Origin: Octopus vulgaris
Lineage: Eukaryota
Assembly (NCBI GenBank): GCA_951406725.2
Contig: OX597842.1
Location: forward strand, 28,334,001 to 28,398,000
Length of the DNA: 64,000 bases
Direction of reading: 5' to 3'
In this document: in pieces, positions 62,701-64,000 of the stretch
Position numbering within the stretch: position 1 is the stretch's first letter
How the letters are laid out: the number at the start of each line of letters is the position of its first letter
The notes under the pieces: generated by a model
Database searches by the model: none
What the model was told of the DNA's origin: nothing
The model's input: the letters and a program-made list of their open reading frames with translations, nothing else
Position numbers and translations under genes: made by a program

Positions 62701-64000
62701 AAGTGTATATATACACACACACACACATATTTCTGTTAATATTGCTAGAACACTGACACACATCTTCACAGAATAAAATTGCCAGGAAACATAAATCGTT
62801 CTGGTAACACCTATACCATTCTTAGTCTTTTAGGCTTCTTGGTCACATTAGACTCCTGTATTTCATAAGTTTTAGCTGTTACTTTGCCATATATTTGTTA
62901 GCTGCTGATGAACAAGACACATTATTCTCTGTGAGAATATGCATAACTTTCTTTGTCTGTTGAAATTCAGATATTGTCTTTAGATGTTGATTTCTGAACT
63001 GTATAAATATAGCTCTGTTTTATCCGATAGACAAGCATTGGTTGGACTTATTTATTAGCAAATAATCTTTTATGCAAGTATTGTAATGACATAATGTATA
63101 CAGAGCTGAGGTGTACTACAACTTACTGGGAAAGGGTAAAAGAGGGGATGGAAAGCAGTGCTTAGTCAAGTAAAGAAAGACCGTTATGAAAGCTAGGAGT
63201 ACATGCACGATACATAGAATAAAACACAAAAAACAGAAAGGCTAACAGTAAAAGAGGCATAAAAAGGTTCCTCAGGAGTGTAGTGGTCTATGTAGCTAAA
63301 TAGTTGAATGATCTCCCTTGCAAGAAAGCCTATAGAGTAACCTCCCTTCACTAAGTTTCTCGCAGCATCTGTGTCATAAGATGTGATTCTTAATTATTCA
63401 AGTATCTTAGCGTTTCTCTTGGAAGTTTCTAGAATATTTAGCATTCCATTCATAAAAACAGCTTGCTAACCCTGCTCTTTGCTTGTTAGTCGATTAGACT
63501 TAGAGCCATTCACGTCATTGCTATGTCCGTCTGTTTCTCTACGCCACATGGCTGAAAACCACCACTTGGCTATTATTTCTATATTTCCTATCTCTGAACT
63601 TTCTTGTATAGATTATTTCATTCAACTAGATGCTACATATTAATTCTGTGTATCGTCATCGACCAGTAAATAAAATATATTTTTCCGAAGTAAATATATA
63701 GGTCTTGAATTTATTCTTCATCTCTTTATGAACTCTTGTAAATAACATACACGCAGCCACATCAACACCTTGTACTGGCTATATATCCTCAGTAAGAAAA
63801 GAATATTTTGAAGGATGCCGTATCCTGACAGCTAACAGCTGACTCAGGTGGTTTGTTGTGTGCTTAAATAATTCTGAGTGAGATAAAGTATTTCGTAAAG
63901 TCATGGGTGCTGCACTGTTTTTTATTTTAATTTTATAAGAATGTCTGCTGCTGGCTGAGATTTTGAATTCAAAAATGTTGCCAAAGTTGTTGTTGGCAAG

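Overview
This is repeat-dense animal genomic DNA, most consistent with a coleoid cephalopod (Octopus-like). That call is an inference from the single-exon tandem C2H2 zinc-finger gene, the extreme (TA)n/(CA)n content and the SINE/RTE families present. There are two host genes on the + strand. One is a 16-finger C2H2 ORF (1683-3095) with a frameshifted tail. The other is a 7-exon ankyrin-repeat gene (46464-62049, phases consistent, 3' end not found) resembling the ankyrin region of Mind-bomb-type E3 ligases. The rest is mostly transposons: young RTE-clade LINEs with a PHD finger inside the RT and a hairpin-rich VNTR in the 3' UTR, a nearly intact CR1/L2-group LINE, an R4/Dong-type fossil, a hAT fossil, at least three tRNA-derived SINE families and several foldback/MITE elements. 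Main findings: (i) type-I hammerhead ribozyme folds in Penelope-like inverted terminal fragments (32567-32651 and 8874-8930, both - strand), plus a third family with a non-canonical core; (ii) one copy of that third family (23877-24068) carries about 19-21 A-to-G and no G-to-A changes with ADAR-like context, a candidate genomic fossil of a hyper-edited RNA; (iii) an RTE insertion with twin-priming geometry; (iv) a SINE/LINE shared 3' hairpin with compensatory changes. All alignments and folds were done by eye. Most short ORFs in the track are microsatellite or antisense noise.
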